Part shown: positions 43,326-53,293 of the stretch, piece after piece
Numbering within the stretch: the first letter of the stretch is position 1
Layout of the letters: each line of letters starts with the position of its first letter
DNA from: an uncultured Actinomycetes bacterium
GTDB lineage: Bacteria; Actinomycetota; Actinomycetes; Streptosporangiales; Streptosporangiaceae
Direction: 5' to 3'
DNA length: 64,000 nucleotides
Assembly: GCA_963847965.1 (NCBI GenBank)
Contig: CAWKCG010000043.1
Span: forward strand, 258,191 to 322,190
Notes under the pieces: generated by a model
Databases searched by the model: none
The model's input: the letters and a program-made list of their open reading frames with translations, nothing else
Told to the model about the DNA's origin: nothing
Made by a program: the position numbers and the translations under genes

Positions 43326-44973
43326 AGTGGGTGACGCCGGAAGTTCGTCGGGGGTCGTCAGGCTGCCTGCGGTAGTTCGGCCGGTAGTGGGGCGGCGTGC
43401 TTGCGGGCGCTGATCCGGTGGAGGAGCCGGGTCAGGTCCGCGGCGGTGAATTTCCAGTTGAACGGGCGGGCGGTCTGGTTGTAGCGGTCCGCGAACGCGA
43501 GCAGGGTGCTGGCGAGTTCATCCAGGCTGGCAAAGTCGTTGGGCGAGATGACTTTCTTCTGGGTGATGGAGAAGAAGATTTCCGCTTGGTTCAGCCAGGA
43601 GGCGTGGACCGGGGTGTGGATCATGATGGCGTTCGGCCAGGCGTCCTGCAGCCGCTGGACGGCGGCCTGGCCGCGGTGGTCTGAGCCGTTGTCCACGATG
43701 ACGAACACCCGGGGCGCGTCCTTGTACTCCGGCGGGCTCATGACCTGGCCGATGAGGTCCATGAACGGGGCAATGCCGGTGGTGGCCGGGGTGGCGGCGA
43801 ACACTGTCCCGGTGTGCACGTCGAGCGCGGCCAGCAGGGCGAGGGCACCGTGCCGGACGTATTCGTGCTCGACCCGCACGGGCTTGCCGGGCCCGGCCGG
43901 GCGGGTGGGGCGGCAGCGGCCGCGGGCCTGGATGGACGGCTTGGCGTCCACGGACAGGATGCGGTCACCGCGCCGCAGCCGCTTGCCTTGGTAAAACCCC
44001 TGGTACAGGTCGAGGATGACCGATGCCCTGGCGGCGAAGTCCGGGTCGCGCGGACTGATCCACGACTGGTACTGCCACGGCTTGACCGGGTGCTCAGCCA
44101 GGATCCGCAGCACCGAAGACACCGAGAGCTGGCGGGCCAGCCCGGCCTTGGCGATCTCGGCCTGCAGTTCCGGACCGGTCCAGCGCGACAGCGGCACCCC
44201 GGTCGCGGCGGGCAGCTGGCAGGCCAGCGCGACGACTGTGGCCCGGGTCAGCTCGCTGATCCGCCGCGGCCGCCCCGAGCGAGGCAGATCAGCCAGCCCG
44301 GCCAGGCCGCGGGCGGCGAACCGGCCCCGCCACTTACGTACCGTGTCCTGGCTGATGCCCAGGTCACGGGCGATCCGGGCGTTGTCCCGGCCGCGCGCGG
44401 CAGCCAGCACGATCTGCGCCCGCAGCCGGTCCCGGTGCGCCGTCTTCGCCCCCCGGACGCGGTTATTCAAGGTGATGCGCTCGCCGGCGCTCAGCACGAC
44501 CGGCACAGCGACGGGCAGCGGCATGGCAGCTCCGAGGCAGATTACGGCGATGTAATCCGCTCCCGGGCACGGGATCCTAACCGGCCCGGACACCCTCGCG
44601 CGGCATGATGGGGCACATGCCCGCCATCCCGGAATCGACCCGCAGCTCGATCACCGTGCGGCTGCTGGATCACGCCGAGAAGAACTGGCCGCAGCTGGCC
44701 AGAATCCGCGCCAGGTACCACGGCAGCTTCGCCTACATCACCGGCGTGCTCCGCACCGGCGAGCAGATCCCGCTGTTCCGGCTCCGCTACGGCGGCTCCG
44801 CCCACTCCTTCGGCTTCGCGATCTATTCCGCCGCCCGCGACCGCTACGAAGACGCCGTCCTGCGCACCGGACTCCCGACCGGCACCCCGCAAGAAGCCCT
44901 CGACACCGCCTGCACCGTCCACCTGGCCGACGCCGAACCCCAAGACCCCGACGAATTAACGGGGCCTCCCACT
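43326..44973 (-). mobile_element. IS630-family insertion sequence with a divergent passenger ORF
   Basis: 28-bp imperfect terminal inverted repeats, 22/28 matches: AGTGGGTGACGCCGGAAGTTCGTCGGGG at 43326-43353 against the reverse complement of 44946-44973. No clean TA duplication is seen. Confidence 0.55.
43358..44524 (-). CDS. IS630-family (DDE_3) transposase
   Basis: HTH region ARIARDLGISQDTVRKWRGRF...RSGRPR. Catalytic region DNGSDHRG...HASWLNQAEIFF. ATG 44524 with GGAG upstream. Confidence 0.85.
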   Translation of the reverse strand: MPLPVAVPVVLSAGERITLNNRVRGAKTAHRDRLRAQIVLAAARGRDNARIARDLGISQDTVRKWRGRFAARGLAGLADLPRSGRPRRISELTRATVVALACQLPAATGVPLSRWTGPELQAEIAKAGLARQLSVSSVLRILAEHPVKPWQYQSWISPRDPDFAARASVILDLYQGFYQGKRLRRGDRILSVDAKPSIQARGRCRPTRPAGPGKPVRVEHEYVRHGALALLAALDVHTGTVFAATPATTGIAPFMDLIGQVMSPPEYKDAPRVFVIVDNGSDHRGQAAVQRLQDAWPNAIMIHTPVHASWLNQAEIFFSITQKKVISPNDFASLDELASTLLAFADRYNQTARPFNWKFTAADLTRLLHRISARKHAAPLPAELPQAA

Positions 44974-45219
44974 CACCGGCCCGCCTGCGGCAAGCGGCGG
45001 CGCGGCGTTCATCCGCACCGCCGTGACGGCGTTCTGCGCCGCGAAGCTCAGCGCCAGCGTGACCAGCACCGCTCCCAGGCCCGAGGCGTCACGGTGGCCG
45101 AGGGCGGCATCGAGGCCGTACAGCAGGCCGCGCGCCACGATCAGCGCGCCCCCACAGGGCCAGCGTGCGCACCGATCCCTGGCGCCACCAGGTGCCGTCG
45201 GCGTCCCGCCACACTTTGA
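44605..45219 (+). CDS. conserved hypothetical (IS-associated passenger); the ORF reads through the IS terminus
   Basis: ITVRLLDHAEKNWPQLARIRARYHGSFAYITGVL...FRLRYGGSAHSFGFAIYSAARDRYEDAVL. After about residue 120 the sequence turns Arg-rich and overlaps the opposite-strand gene. Confidence 0.45.
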   Translation: MMGHMPAIPESTRSSITVRLLDHAEKNWPQLARIRARYHGSFAYITGVLRTGEQIPLFRLRYGGSAHSFGFAIYSAARDRYEDAVLRTGLPTGTPQEALDTACTVHLADAEPQDPDELTGPPTHRPACGKRRRGVHPHRRDGVLRREAQRQRDQHRSQARGVTVAEGGIEAVQQAARHDQRAPTGPACAPIPGATRCRRRPATL

Positions 45220-45460
45220 TGGTCTGGCCGCGCCACACGCCCAGTCCCACCGACACCGCCGCGCTGACCGCGAGCAGCCCGAGATCGGCGGGCACGTGCC
45301 AGGTCGAGGCGGGCATACTGCGGATCCCGAAGTAGGCCAGGACCAGCGGCGCCAGCAGCAGCAGCCGCGGCTTGACCCGGGCCAGCCGTATCTGCCGGGC
45401 CAGGACCCAGACCACCGCGGCGGCTATCAGCAGCACGTCGGCTGTGATGTCAACGTTCAT
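44956..45460 (-). pseudogene. 4-TM membrane protein (paralogue of 45518..46075), frameshifted and 3'-truncated by the IS
   Basis: ORF 45089..45460 continues in ORF 44956..45138 if one base is removed from the 5-C run at 45149-45153 (..TLALWG|ALIVARGLLYGLDAALG..). The stop TAA at 44956-44958 lies inside the IS terminal repeat. Confidence 0.5.
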
Positions 45461-45517
45461 AACCCCTGTCCTGACAACTCGTCAGTACGTGATCGCTGAG
45501 TCACGAGGCGGGTCGTA

Positions 45518-46075
45518 TCAGCGGGCGGCACGGCTGGCGTCCCACTCCGGCGTGGCGATCGGCTGCGGCGGGGAGGCGGGCGGCTGGTGGACCACGTGGA
45601 CCCGGCGGATCTGCAGGACGCCCACCCGGGCCAGCACCTGACCGAAGGCCATCAGGACCAGCGCGGCCGTCCAGATGCCGGCGCCGGCGATGTCATGACG
45701 GACCGAGAAGCTCGCGACGGCGGGACCGCCGCCATGGTAGGCGTAATAGGCGAACCCGAACCGGAACCCCATGCCGGCCACCCACGTGATGACCGAGATG
45801 ACGCCCGCCCGGAACATCAGCCGCTGCTCCTGATCGAACCAGATGCGGTCGGCCAGGCCGCTGAGCACGCCCAGGACAACGCCGACGGCGGCCAGGATGA
45901 GGATGAGGGCCAGGTCGTTGCCGCCGAGCGTGAACGGCCGCAGGTAAATGATGCCCGCGACGGCGAGCAGGACCAGCGGCAGCAGCGCCGCGCGGGGGGT
46001 GAGCTGGTGCGGGCGCACCTGGCGGAAGATGACCAGGATGAGCAGGATGTCTATGACGTAATCGGTGATGCTCAT
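45518..46075 (-). CDS. 4-TM membrane protein, function unknown
   Basis: MSITDYVIDILLILVIFRQVRPHQLTPRAALLPLVLLAVAGIIYL... Similar topology and N-terminus to the 45460 gene. Confidence 0.7.
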   Translation of the reverse strand: MSITDYVIDILLILVIFRQVRPHQLTPRAALLPLVLLAVAGIIYLRPFTLGGNDLALILILAAVGVVLGVLSGLADRIWFDQEQRLMFRAGVISVITWVAGMGFRFGFAYYAYHGGGPAVASFSVRHDIAGAGIWTAALVLMAFGQVLARVGVLQIRRVHVVHQPPASPPQPIATPEWDASRAAR

Positions 46076-46468
46076 GGCATGCTCCTGAAAGCTAACGGGC
46101 CGACCGTTCCGGCGGAGTCGAGAGACGGTAGCCGCCGGCCGGTGAACACTGCCTTGTCAGCCTGCTGATGGTTCTCCGCGGGCACCGGAAGCAGGACCCA
46201 AGCCGATGGATACATCCCATGGCCACGACTATCCTGAGTTCCCCGCTGGGAATCATCGCCACCAGCACCCACCGGCCCTACCGGCTGGCGGTAACCGGCC
46301 GGTGCCTGCCAGCCGGAATGCCGGCAGTAAAGCCAGCACCAGCCAACGACGGGCGCTGGCCGCGATGCGCCACCCGGCGGCCGGAGCGACCCTTGTGCTC
46401 AGCGCCCCGGCCGAGTGACCCGAGCCGACCGGAGCGTTCCACATAGCCGCAGGAAACAGGAGACCGGC

Positions 46469-46690
46469 ATGGAGCGTACCGACTGGATGAACGGGGGCCT
46501 GAACCCGGCCCACGCCCGGTTCCTCATGCTCACGGCGATCACCCATTACCGATTCACCTCGCCGGCCTGGGGGAGCACGAGGTCCGCAAAGCTCCATGAC
46601 GAACTCGCCGCGTTCGACGCGCTGGCGGCCCGGGTGGTCAGTGACCACTGCGCGGCCCGAGATGCCCGGCGCTGGCCGGGCATCCGCTGA
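46469..46690 (+). CDS. hypothetical small protein
   Basis: AGGAGA lies 6 nt before ATG 46469. Third-codon positions are about 88% G/C by my count. No recognisable family. Confidence 0.35.
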   Translation: MERTDWMNGGLNPAHARFLMLTAITHYRFTSPAWGSTRSAKLHDELAAFDALAARVVSDHCAARDARRWPGIR

Positions 46691-46774
46691 CCGGGCCGTT
46701 GTGGGTACACAGCACATATTCCGGCTACCCGCAATGCGCAGGCGCCGCCGGACTGCCACGCTAATCTCGTGCTG

Positions 46775-47134
46775 ATGCGCTGCCTGCTGGTAGACGACAA
46801 CGCTGCCTTCCTCTCCAGCGCGCGGACGCTGCTCGGCCGGCAGGGCGTGACGGTCGTCGGCACCGCCTCTACCAGCGCCGAGGCGCTCCGGCTGGCCGCC
46901 GCGCTCGGGCCGGATGTCGTTCTGGTGGATATCTCGCTCGGCGATGAGAACGGCTTCGACCTAGCCCGCCGCCTGGCCGAGAGCAACGGCGACGGGGCCG
47001 CCATGGCGGTAATCATGATCTCCACGTCGGCCGAATCCGATTACGCGGACCTGGTCGCGGAGAGCCCGGCCGCGGGTTTCCTGCCGAAGACGGAGCTGTC
47101 GGCGGCGGGCATCCAGCGGATCCTAGGCCGGTGA
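46775..47134 (+). CDS. stand-alone response-regulator receiver domain protein
   Basis: MRCLLVDDNAAF...DVVLVDISLGDENGFDL...GFLPK. Confidence 0.75.
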   Translation: MRCLLVDDNAAFLSSARTLLGRQGVTVVGTASTSAEALRLAAALGPDVVLVDISLGDENGFDLARRLAESNGDGAAMAVIMISTSAESDYADLVAESPAAGFLPKTELSAAGIQRILGR

Positions 47135-47140
47135 GCCCCG

Positions 47141-47800
47141 CTACTGGGCGCCGAGGAAGGTGAGCACGGCGAGCACCCGGCGGTGCATGTCGTCGGCGTC
47201 CGGCAGGTGCAGCTTCATCAGGATGCTCCGCACGTGCTTCTCGACCGTTCCCTCGGTCACCCACAGCTCCCGCGCGATGCCGCTGTTGGAGCGGCCCTCG
47301 GCCATCAGGGCGAGCACCTCGCGTTCGCGGGAGGACAGCACGTCGAGCGGATCCTCTACCCGGCGGGCCGCGACGAGTTCCTTGACCAGTTCGGAATCGA
47401 TGACTGAACCACCCCGGACGACACGCCGGAGCGTCTCGATAAAGTCGGTCACGTTGACGACCCGGCTCTTCAGCAGGTAACCGGTCCGCTGCCCGCTGGC
47501 CAGCAGGTCCATCGCGTGCTCGACCTCGACGTGGGCCGACAGCACCAGGATGGCGGTGTCTGGGAACTGCGCGCGGATCTCCCGGGCCGCGTCGAGACCC
47601 TCGGTCGAGTGGCCGGGCGGCATCCGGATATCCACGATGACCAGCTCCGGCCGCAGCTCCCGGACCATAGCCACGAGCTGCCCCGCATCGCCCGCCTGTC
47701 CTGCGACGTCGAAGCCGGAGCGCTCCAGCAGGCTGGCCAGACCCTCGCGGAGCAGGATGTCATCGTCGGCCACCACCACGCGAGTCCGTTCGTCGCTCAC
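47141..47800 (-). CDS. NarL/LuxR-family response regulator
   Basis: Receiver VVVADDDILLREGL...LVIVDIRMPP. LuxR HTH LSSREREVLALMAEGRSNSGIARELWVTEGTVEKHVRSILMKL. GTG 47800 is preferred. Confidence 0.85.
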   Translation of the reverse strand: MSDERTRVVVADDDILLREGLASLLERSGFDVAGQAGDAGQLVAMVRELRPELVIVDIRMPPGHSTEGLDAAREIRAQFPDTAILVLSAHVEVEHAMDLLASGQRTGYLLKSRVVNVTDFIETLRRVVRGGSVIDSELVKELVAARRVEDPLDVLSSREREVLALMAEGRSNSGIARELWVTEGTVEKHVRSILMKLHLPDADDMHRRVLAVLTFLGAQ

Positions 47801-47989
47801 CCTCACGATTATCGTCCGCCCGCCGCCCAGATCATCAGAACCGCGTGATGCCGGCACACCAACCCCCAATTGCGTACCAGGTCGGCGAAGGCGCACGTCT
47901 TGATTGGCCAGCTCGCAGCGAGCAAGCTGGGCGTTTGGCGAGCAGGCGGCATCGCTGCCGCCGGGGCGGAGGCCTGTTGACCACCCGAT

Positions 47990-48180
47990 CAGGCGGCCAG
48001 ATCGCAGGGGAGCAGGCTGCGCTGCGGCGAGTGGCTACGCTGATCGCGAGGGGGGCGCCTCCAGAAGAGGTATTTACCGCGGTCTCCGCGGAGGTCGGCC
48101 GGCTGCTCGAGGCTGACTTCGCGGCCCTGATCCGGCACGGCCCCCAGGACGCGATCACGGTGGCCGGCACGGCCTATTGA
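47990..48180 (+). pseudogene. N-terminal fragment of a GAF sensor histidine kinase
   Basis: GEQAALRRVATLIARGAPPEEVFTAVSAEVGRLLEADFAALIRHGPQDAITVAG matches the start of the GAF repeats of the 41251 kinase, then stops. Confidence 0.55.
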
Positions 48181-48364
48181 CCGGCCGCCGGACTGGGTGG
48201 GGCGCGCACCAGGGCTGGCGATCCTCGGTGTTGGATTCGAGGCCGTCCGCCGTGGTGAGGGAGCGGTGGTCTGGGTTGAGGGCGAGCCCGGTATCGGCAA
48301 GCCGTCCCTGGTCGCCGAGGCCTTGGCGGCAGGGAGCCGGCGGATGGGTCGGTCTTCCAGCTAG
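48176..48364 (+). pseudogene. N-terminal fragment of a LAL/LuxR-type AAA ATPase regulator
   Basis: My translation gives WVGRAPGLAILGVGFEAVRRGEGAVVWVEGEPGIGKPSLVAEALAAG, with a stop 10 codons later at 48362-48364. It starts exactly where the kinase fragment ends. Confidence 0.45.
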
Positions 48365-48566
48365 CAGGTAGTGGAAATGGGTGCCTGGGGTGAAGACGGA
48401 GCGCCAGCCCGCGTGCCATGGTGAGCCGAATCGGGATTCGCCAAGTCATTAGGAGGCTGCCGTGAGCAGATCCGGCGTCGAAGCATGCTGACCGCAGGAT
48501 CTCTGCCCGGCAGACCCGCCCGAACGGGATGCCAGCTGGCGTCCGCTAACCCGAAGGGAACTAGCA

Positions 48567-49952
48567 ATGGCTGATCAGAACCGCTTCCTGCACGGCCCGT
48601 TTGCGCCTGTTGAGGAGGAGATCACCGCGTTCGACCTGCCGGTGACCGGCAGCGTGCCGGCCGGGCTGTCCGGGCGCTATCTGCGCAACGGGCCCAACCC
48701 GCTGGGCCTGGAGGATCCCGGTTACCGGTTCTGGGAGGGGCACTGGTTCCTGGGCCCGGGCATGGTGCACGGCGTGCGGCTGGCCGATGGCAAGGCCGAG
48801 TGGTACCGCAACCGCTGGGTCCGCTCCCGCCAGCTGGCCGAGGCGCTGGGCGAGACATGGCCGGCCGGGCCGGTGCACGCGGACATGGACTTCGCCGCGA
48901 ACACCCACATCATCGCCCACGCCGGGCGCTTGCTGGCCACGGTGGAGGCCGGCCCGCTGCCCTACGAGCTGTCCGGTGAGCTGGACACGCTCGGGCCGTG
49001 CGACTTCGGCGGGACGCTGCGCGGCGGCTTCGCCGCGCATACCAAGCTCGACCGCCGCACAGGGGAGTTGCACGCCATCGCTTACTTCTGGGCCTGGGAC
49101 CATGTCCAGCACGTCGTCATCGGCACCGACGGCCAGGTGAGCCGCACCACGGACATCCCCGTCCCCGGCGGGCCGATGATGCACGACTTCGCGCTGACCG
49201 CCAGCTACGTGGTCCTGCTCGACCTGCCGGTCACCTTCAGCATGGACGCGGTATCGGCCGGGCTGAAGCTGCCCTACACCTGGAACCCGGCGCACCAGGC
49301 CCGGGTCGGCCTGCTGCCCCGCGATGACCCTGCAGCTGGCGTCCGCTGGTTCGAGGTGGACCCCTGCTGGGTCTTTCACACCCTCAACGCCTATGACGAC
49401 GGCGGCCGGGTCGTGGCCGACCTGGTCCGCTACGAAGGCGCCTACGATGTCTCCACGCTATCGGGGCACGGCCCCCTGACGCTGGACCGGTGGATCATCG
49501 ACCCGGCCGCCGGGAAAGTCACCCAGCAGCGCCTTGATGACCGCCCCCAGGAATTCCCCCGCATCGATGACCGGGCCATCTCCCAGCCGCACCGCTACGG
49601 CTACAGCGCCGTCATCGGCGCCGTCGGCCGGGCCACCGTCTCACCCGGCGGCGAGTTCGCCGACGACGCGTTCACCAACGCCCTGCTCAAACACGACCTG
49701 GCCGCCGGCACCGTGCAGGCGCATCAGTTCGGCAGCAACGCCACCGCCGGCGAGGCGGTCTTCGCCCCGGCCGCACCCGACGCCACCGAGGACGACGGCT
49801 ACGTCATGGCCTTCGTCCACAACCCCGACCGCGGCGCCGCCAACCTGGTCATCCTCGCCGCACAAGACTTCACCGGCCAGCCAGTGGCACGCGTCCACCT
49901 GCCCGCCCGGATCCCGCTCGGCTTCCACGGCAGCTGGATTCCCGACCAGTGA
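48567..49952 (+). CDS. carotenoid oxygenase family protein (carotenoid/apocarotenoid cleavage dioxygenase)
   Basis: FAPVEEEITAFDLPVTGSVPAGLSGRYLRNGPNP, MVHGVRL and conserved His blocks (NTHIIAHAG, FAAHTK, MMHDF, FHGSW). Confidence 0.9.
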   Translation: MADQNRFLHGPFAPVEEEITAFDLPVTGSVPAGLSGRYLRNGPNPLGLEDPGYRFWEGHWFLGPGMVHGVRLADGKAEWYRNRWVRSRQLAEALGETWPAGPVHADMDFAANTHIIAHAGRLLATVEAGPLPYELSGELDTLGPCDFGGTLRGGFAAHTKLDRRTGELHAIAYFWAWDHVQHVVIGTDGQVSRTTDIPVPGGPMMHDFALTASYVVLLDLPVTFSMDAVSAGLKLPYTWNPAHQARVGLLPRDDPAAGVRWFEVDPCWVFHTLNAYDDGGRVVADLVRYEGAYDVSTLSGHGPLTLDRWIIDPAAGKVTQQRLDDRPQEFPRIDDRAISQPHRYGYSAVIGAVGRATVSPGGEFADDAFTNALLKHDLAAGTVQAHQFGSNATAGEAVFAPAAPDATEDDGYVMAFVHNPDRGAANLVILAAQDFTGQPVARVHLPARIPLGFHGSWIPDQ

Positions 49953-50144
49953 CCCCCGTCAGCGATGTCGTCTTGATCACACGGCGGATCGAAGGAGCTG
50001 CTGAATGCAGGACAACGGCGCGAGAATGCGGACCCGCTGGCCAGCAACCGCACGCTGCTGGCCTGGCTGCGCACCGCTCTTGCCTACGCCGGGCTCGGGT
50101 TCGTAGTTGCCAAGTCCGGCCGGGACAGCAGATAGGAGATCACT

Positions 50145-50549
50145 ATGACCTATGACGATTCAGCAGGCCAGTCAGGCATCATCACCAAGCTCAGCCCCCG
50201 GCCGGTCAATGAGACTTTCTCGCGCCTGACCAGCATGATCGCTGCGAAGGGCATGCGGCTGTTCGCCGTGATCGACCAGAGCGCCGAGGCGGCCCAGGCC
50301 GGTCTGCAGCTGCGGGAAACCACGCTCGTGATCTTCGGCAGCCCTGCCGCGGGCACCCCGGTGATGGCAGCCGCGCCGCTGGCCGCCCTCGACCTGCCCC
50401 TGAAGGTGCTGATCTGGGATGACGACGGGCAGGCGAAGGTCTCCTACTCCGCGCCCGCATGGCTCGCCGCCCGGTATCAGCTCAGCGACGAACTGGCCGC
50501 CAACCTGGCCGGCATCGATCCGCTCACCGACGCGCTCACCAGCCGGTAA
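50145..50549 (+). CDS. DUF302-domain protein
   Basis: 134 aa; ...VIFGSPAAGTPVMAAAPLAALDLPLKVLIWDDDG... Confidence 0.75.
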   Translation: MTYDDSAGQSGIITKLSPRPVNETFSRLTSMIAAKGMRLFAVIDQSAEAAQAGLQLRETTLVIFGSPAAGTPVMAAAPLAALDLPLKVLIWDDDGQAKVSYSAPAWLAARYQLSDELAANLAGIDPLTDALTSR

Positions 50550-50581
50550 CAACCACGGCCATTCCCGGACGGAGGAACCAG

Positions 50582-51016
50582 ATGACGGAGAACTCGGCCA
50601 CGCGCACGGAAACCAACCGGGAGATCATCCGCCAGGCCTTCGATGCCTGGCGGCAGGGAACCGGTGCCATCACCGGCGTGTTCGCCCCCGGCATGGTCTG
50701 GCGCATCGAGGGACACTCGGCCGCATCCAAGCAGTACCGCAGCAAGCAGCAGTTCATCGATGAGGTCCTGGCCCCGTTCGGCGCCCGGTTCACAGTGTCA
50801 GAGCCATTCCGCCCGGTCACGATCCGCGCGGTCTACGCCGACGACAACACCGTCATCGTCATCTGGGACGGCCGCGGGATCGCCAGCGACGGCCAGCCCT
50901 ACCAGAACAGCTACGCCTGGATCATGAAACTCGCTGACGGCAAGGTCATCGACGGCACCGCGTTCTACGACAGCATCTCCTTCAACGACCTCTGGGCTCG
51001 CGTCCAGCCCCGCTGA
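50582..51016 (+). CDS. SnoaL/NTF2-like fold protein
   Basis: GGAGGA SD before ATG 50582. NREIIRQAFDAWRQG...NSYAWIMKLADGKVIDGTAFYDS. Confidence 0.7.
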   Translation: MTENSATRTETNREIIRQAFDAWRQGTGAITGVFAPGMVWRIEGHSAASKQYRSKQQFIDEVLAPFGARFTVSEPFRPVTIRAVYADDNTVIVIWDGRGIASDGQPYQNSYAWIMKLADGKVIDGTAFYDSISFNDLWARVQPR

Positions 51017-51203
51017 GCCCGACCAGCAAGACCCGGCGGTGAACCAGGCGAACGGCACCCAATTGAGCCGGATCTTTAACCCGAAGTTACGGGGCTTCCG
51101 AGTAGGAATCTCGTGCCTGACTAGGCACGCGAGCCTCTCTGCGGCTACAGAGTGTAGCCAGGAAAATTCTGGCGTGTCGCCGTGTCTCCGACGCTGTGTA
51201 CTG

Positions 51204-52217
51204 TTACGGCTGCCGGTTCCACACCTGGCGGCCCGTGTACCGCGGGTTGGCCAGGATGGCCGCCACCGTCCTCAGCGTCCACGCGGTCCCGGTCCGGTGC
51301 GGGTTCCGTCCCGGGTCTGCCGCTGATGGGCACGGCACCCCGGCGTCGTTCAGCGCCCGGGTGATCCGGGCGACGCTGTGGCCGGCCAGCCGCTGTGCGA
51401 ACATCCACCGCACCACCGGCGCTGTGGCCGGGTCGGGTTCCAGCCGGTGCGCCCGCCGGCCCCACGCCGCGTGCGCTTTGTTCGGATGCGGCCCTGCATC
51501 CGCGAGCCGGTACCCGTACGGCGGCCGGCCCCCGAGATACCGGCCCTGTTCCAGGGTCTGGGCTGCCATCGCGGTACGGACCCGGATCCTGGTGCGGGTG
51601 ATCTCCCGCTTGGACGACAATCCCAGTGCCAGCATGGTCTGCTCGTGGTCCTCGGCGTGCCAGTCGACCCGCCCGCCTACTTCCGGTAGCCACAGCGAGA
51701 TGCCGTAGTGCTCGAACAGCGGGGCCATCGACGCGTACTGGCTGGCGTAGAACGCCCGCTCGTATTCCCCGATCACGATCGCGTCCCATCCCCGGCCCGG
51801 ATCGGCCAGGGCGGCCACCAGCGCGGCGGCCTGCGGGCGCCGCGCCCAAGGCAACGTCCGGCTTTCCCCGGCATCGAAGAACTCGGCCACGATCGTGCCG
51901 TGCCCGGCAACCAGCATCGCCGCCTGCTGCAGCTGCCGCATCCGCGACGTCTCCGGCTCCTGCCAGTCCTCGGTCGACACCCGCCCGTAAAACGCGAACC
52001 GCAGGCACCCGCGGCGATACGTCCCTCTCCGGCGGCGGCCGAGATTGTCCGCCCACGCCGCTAGCGCGTCAGCATCACCGCTTGTGCCAGATCCAGCGGG
52101 AACAACGCTAGATGATCGCCCAGCCCGGCTTTGGGTCACCGGAGCCGCCCGGGTGTGCACTATGTCAGCCGGTCGGTTGTTGCGGGGCGTGTTCGCGCAG
52201 CCCGAGCAGGTCTGCAA
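51204..52217 (-). pseudogene. large serine recombinase, C-terminally truncated
   Basis: Resolvase core FAFYGRVSTEDWQ. Recombinase domain GGRPPYGYRL...ILANPRYTGRQVWNRQ, followed immediately by a stop. The zinc-ribbon/coiled-coil region expected downstream is missing. The start is unclear. Confidence 0.65.
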
Positions 52218-53225
52218 GCGCCGGGATGTCCTCGTATCGGGCCGGAGCCAGGTGCGGGAATCCTGGCACCACCGCGTTGGGCGAGGTGGTTACGCCGAGT
52301 TGGTCGCCGACCAGCAGCGACAGCGTGGTTCCGAACGCGTCGTCGTGAAGGCCGCGGCCGTTACCCGTGCCGGGCGCGAAGCGCGCCGGCTGGCCGGGCT
52401 GGTAGCGCAGCAGATCGGGAAGGAACGCAGCGACCACCGTCGCAGCGTGCTCGTCGGGGTTGGTGGCACGACTCAGTTTCGCTACCTGCGCCGCAGTCCG
52501 CCGCACGGCCCCGCCGAACGTTGCGACATCGCCGGCCGCGCGCCGGCGTTGAGCGCCTCGGTGTCCGCGCCAGGCTGCGGGAAGAACAACGCCCGCAACA
52601 TCGGATTGGCCGCTCGGCTTACCTGCCGCTGGGGACCGTGCCCGTACAGGCTGATCCGGGCCCACATGGCGACGTCGGTGCCGCCGAACGTGACGTCCGG
52701 GACCCGAAGGGCGATGGCGGTGACGTTCCGGCCGGCCAGCAGGTTGCCGGGGGTCGCGGTGAACAACTCGGGATGGTACTGGTTCTTGGCCAGGCCCTGA
52801 GTGAACGCGAACAGCGCGGGGGCGTCGCCCCAGAACGGGTCGCCCGCCGGGCCGAACCACGCCGTTCCGCCATTGTCAAGCGCGAAGGCTTCCCCGGTAC
52901 GGCCGACGCCGAGTTCGGTGCCCTCCGGACCAGGCCGACTCGGCCCGCCGGCGGCGTAGCTGACCCGCATCTCCTGGTCCCCGTCAGCGTCCGGCTCGCT
53001 GAAGCTCATCCGGAACGCTCGGTCTTCGTCTGTGCCGCCATCGCTGGCGATGACCAACTCGTATAGGGCGTCCGCCCGGAACGTGGTCGGGGAGGACCGC
53101 CCGGAGTCCGGGTTGACGGTGAGCACCAGCGTCGATGTGCCCGGCGCCTCCGGAAACACGTACACGTCCAGCAGGTTGAGCCGACCATCCTCGATCGCCG
53201 TCGGACTGTCGAAATGGTGGGACAT
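52165..53225 (-). pseudogene. DUF4331-domain protein with a frameshift near 52545-52560
   Basis: The N-part (MSHHFDSPTAIEDGRLNLLDVYVF...) is in the frame of 52482..53258. The C-part (...FLPDLLRYQPGQ...GNGRGLHDDAFGTTLSLL...FPHLAPA) is in the frame of 52165..52860. Confidence 0.6.
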
Positions 53226-53293
53226 GCCCTCTCCTCGTCGGGTGATGGCGCCTGGCACAGTTGGAGCAGCAGGCGGGGCATAGCGGGTTCGGA

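Noticed and set aside
49990-50135. DUF202/YidH-like stub (..NADPLASNRTLLAWLRTALAYAGLGFVVAKSG*)
   Set aside because: It has only one of the expected three helices and no ATG/GTG start in frame. It is probably a remnant.
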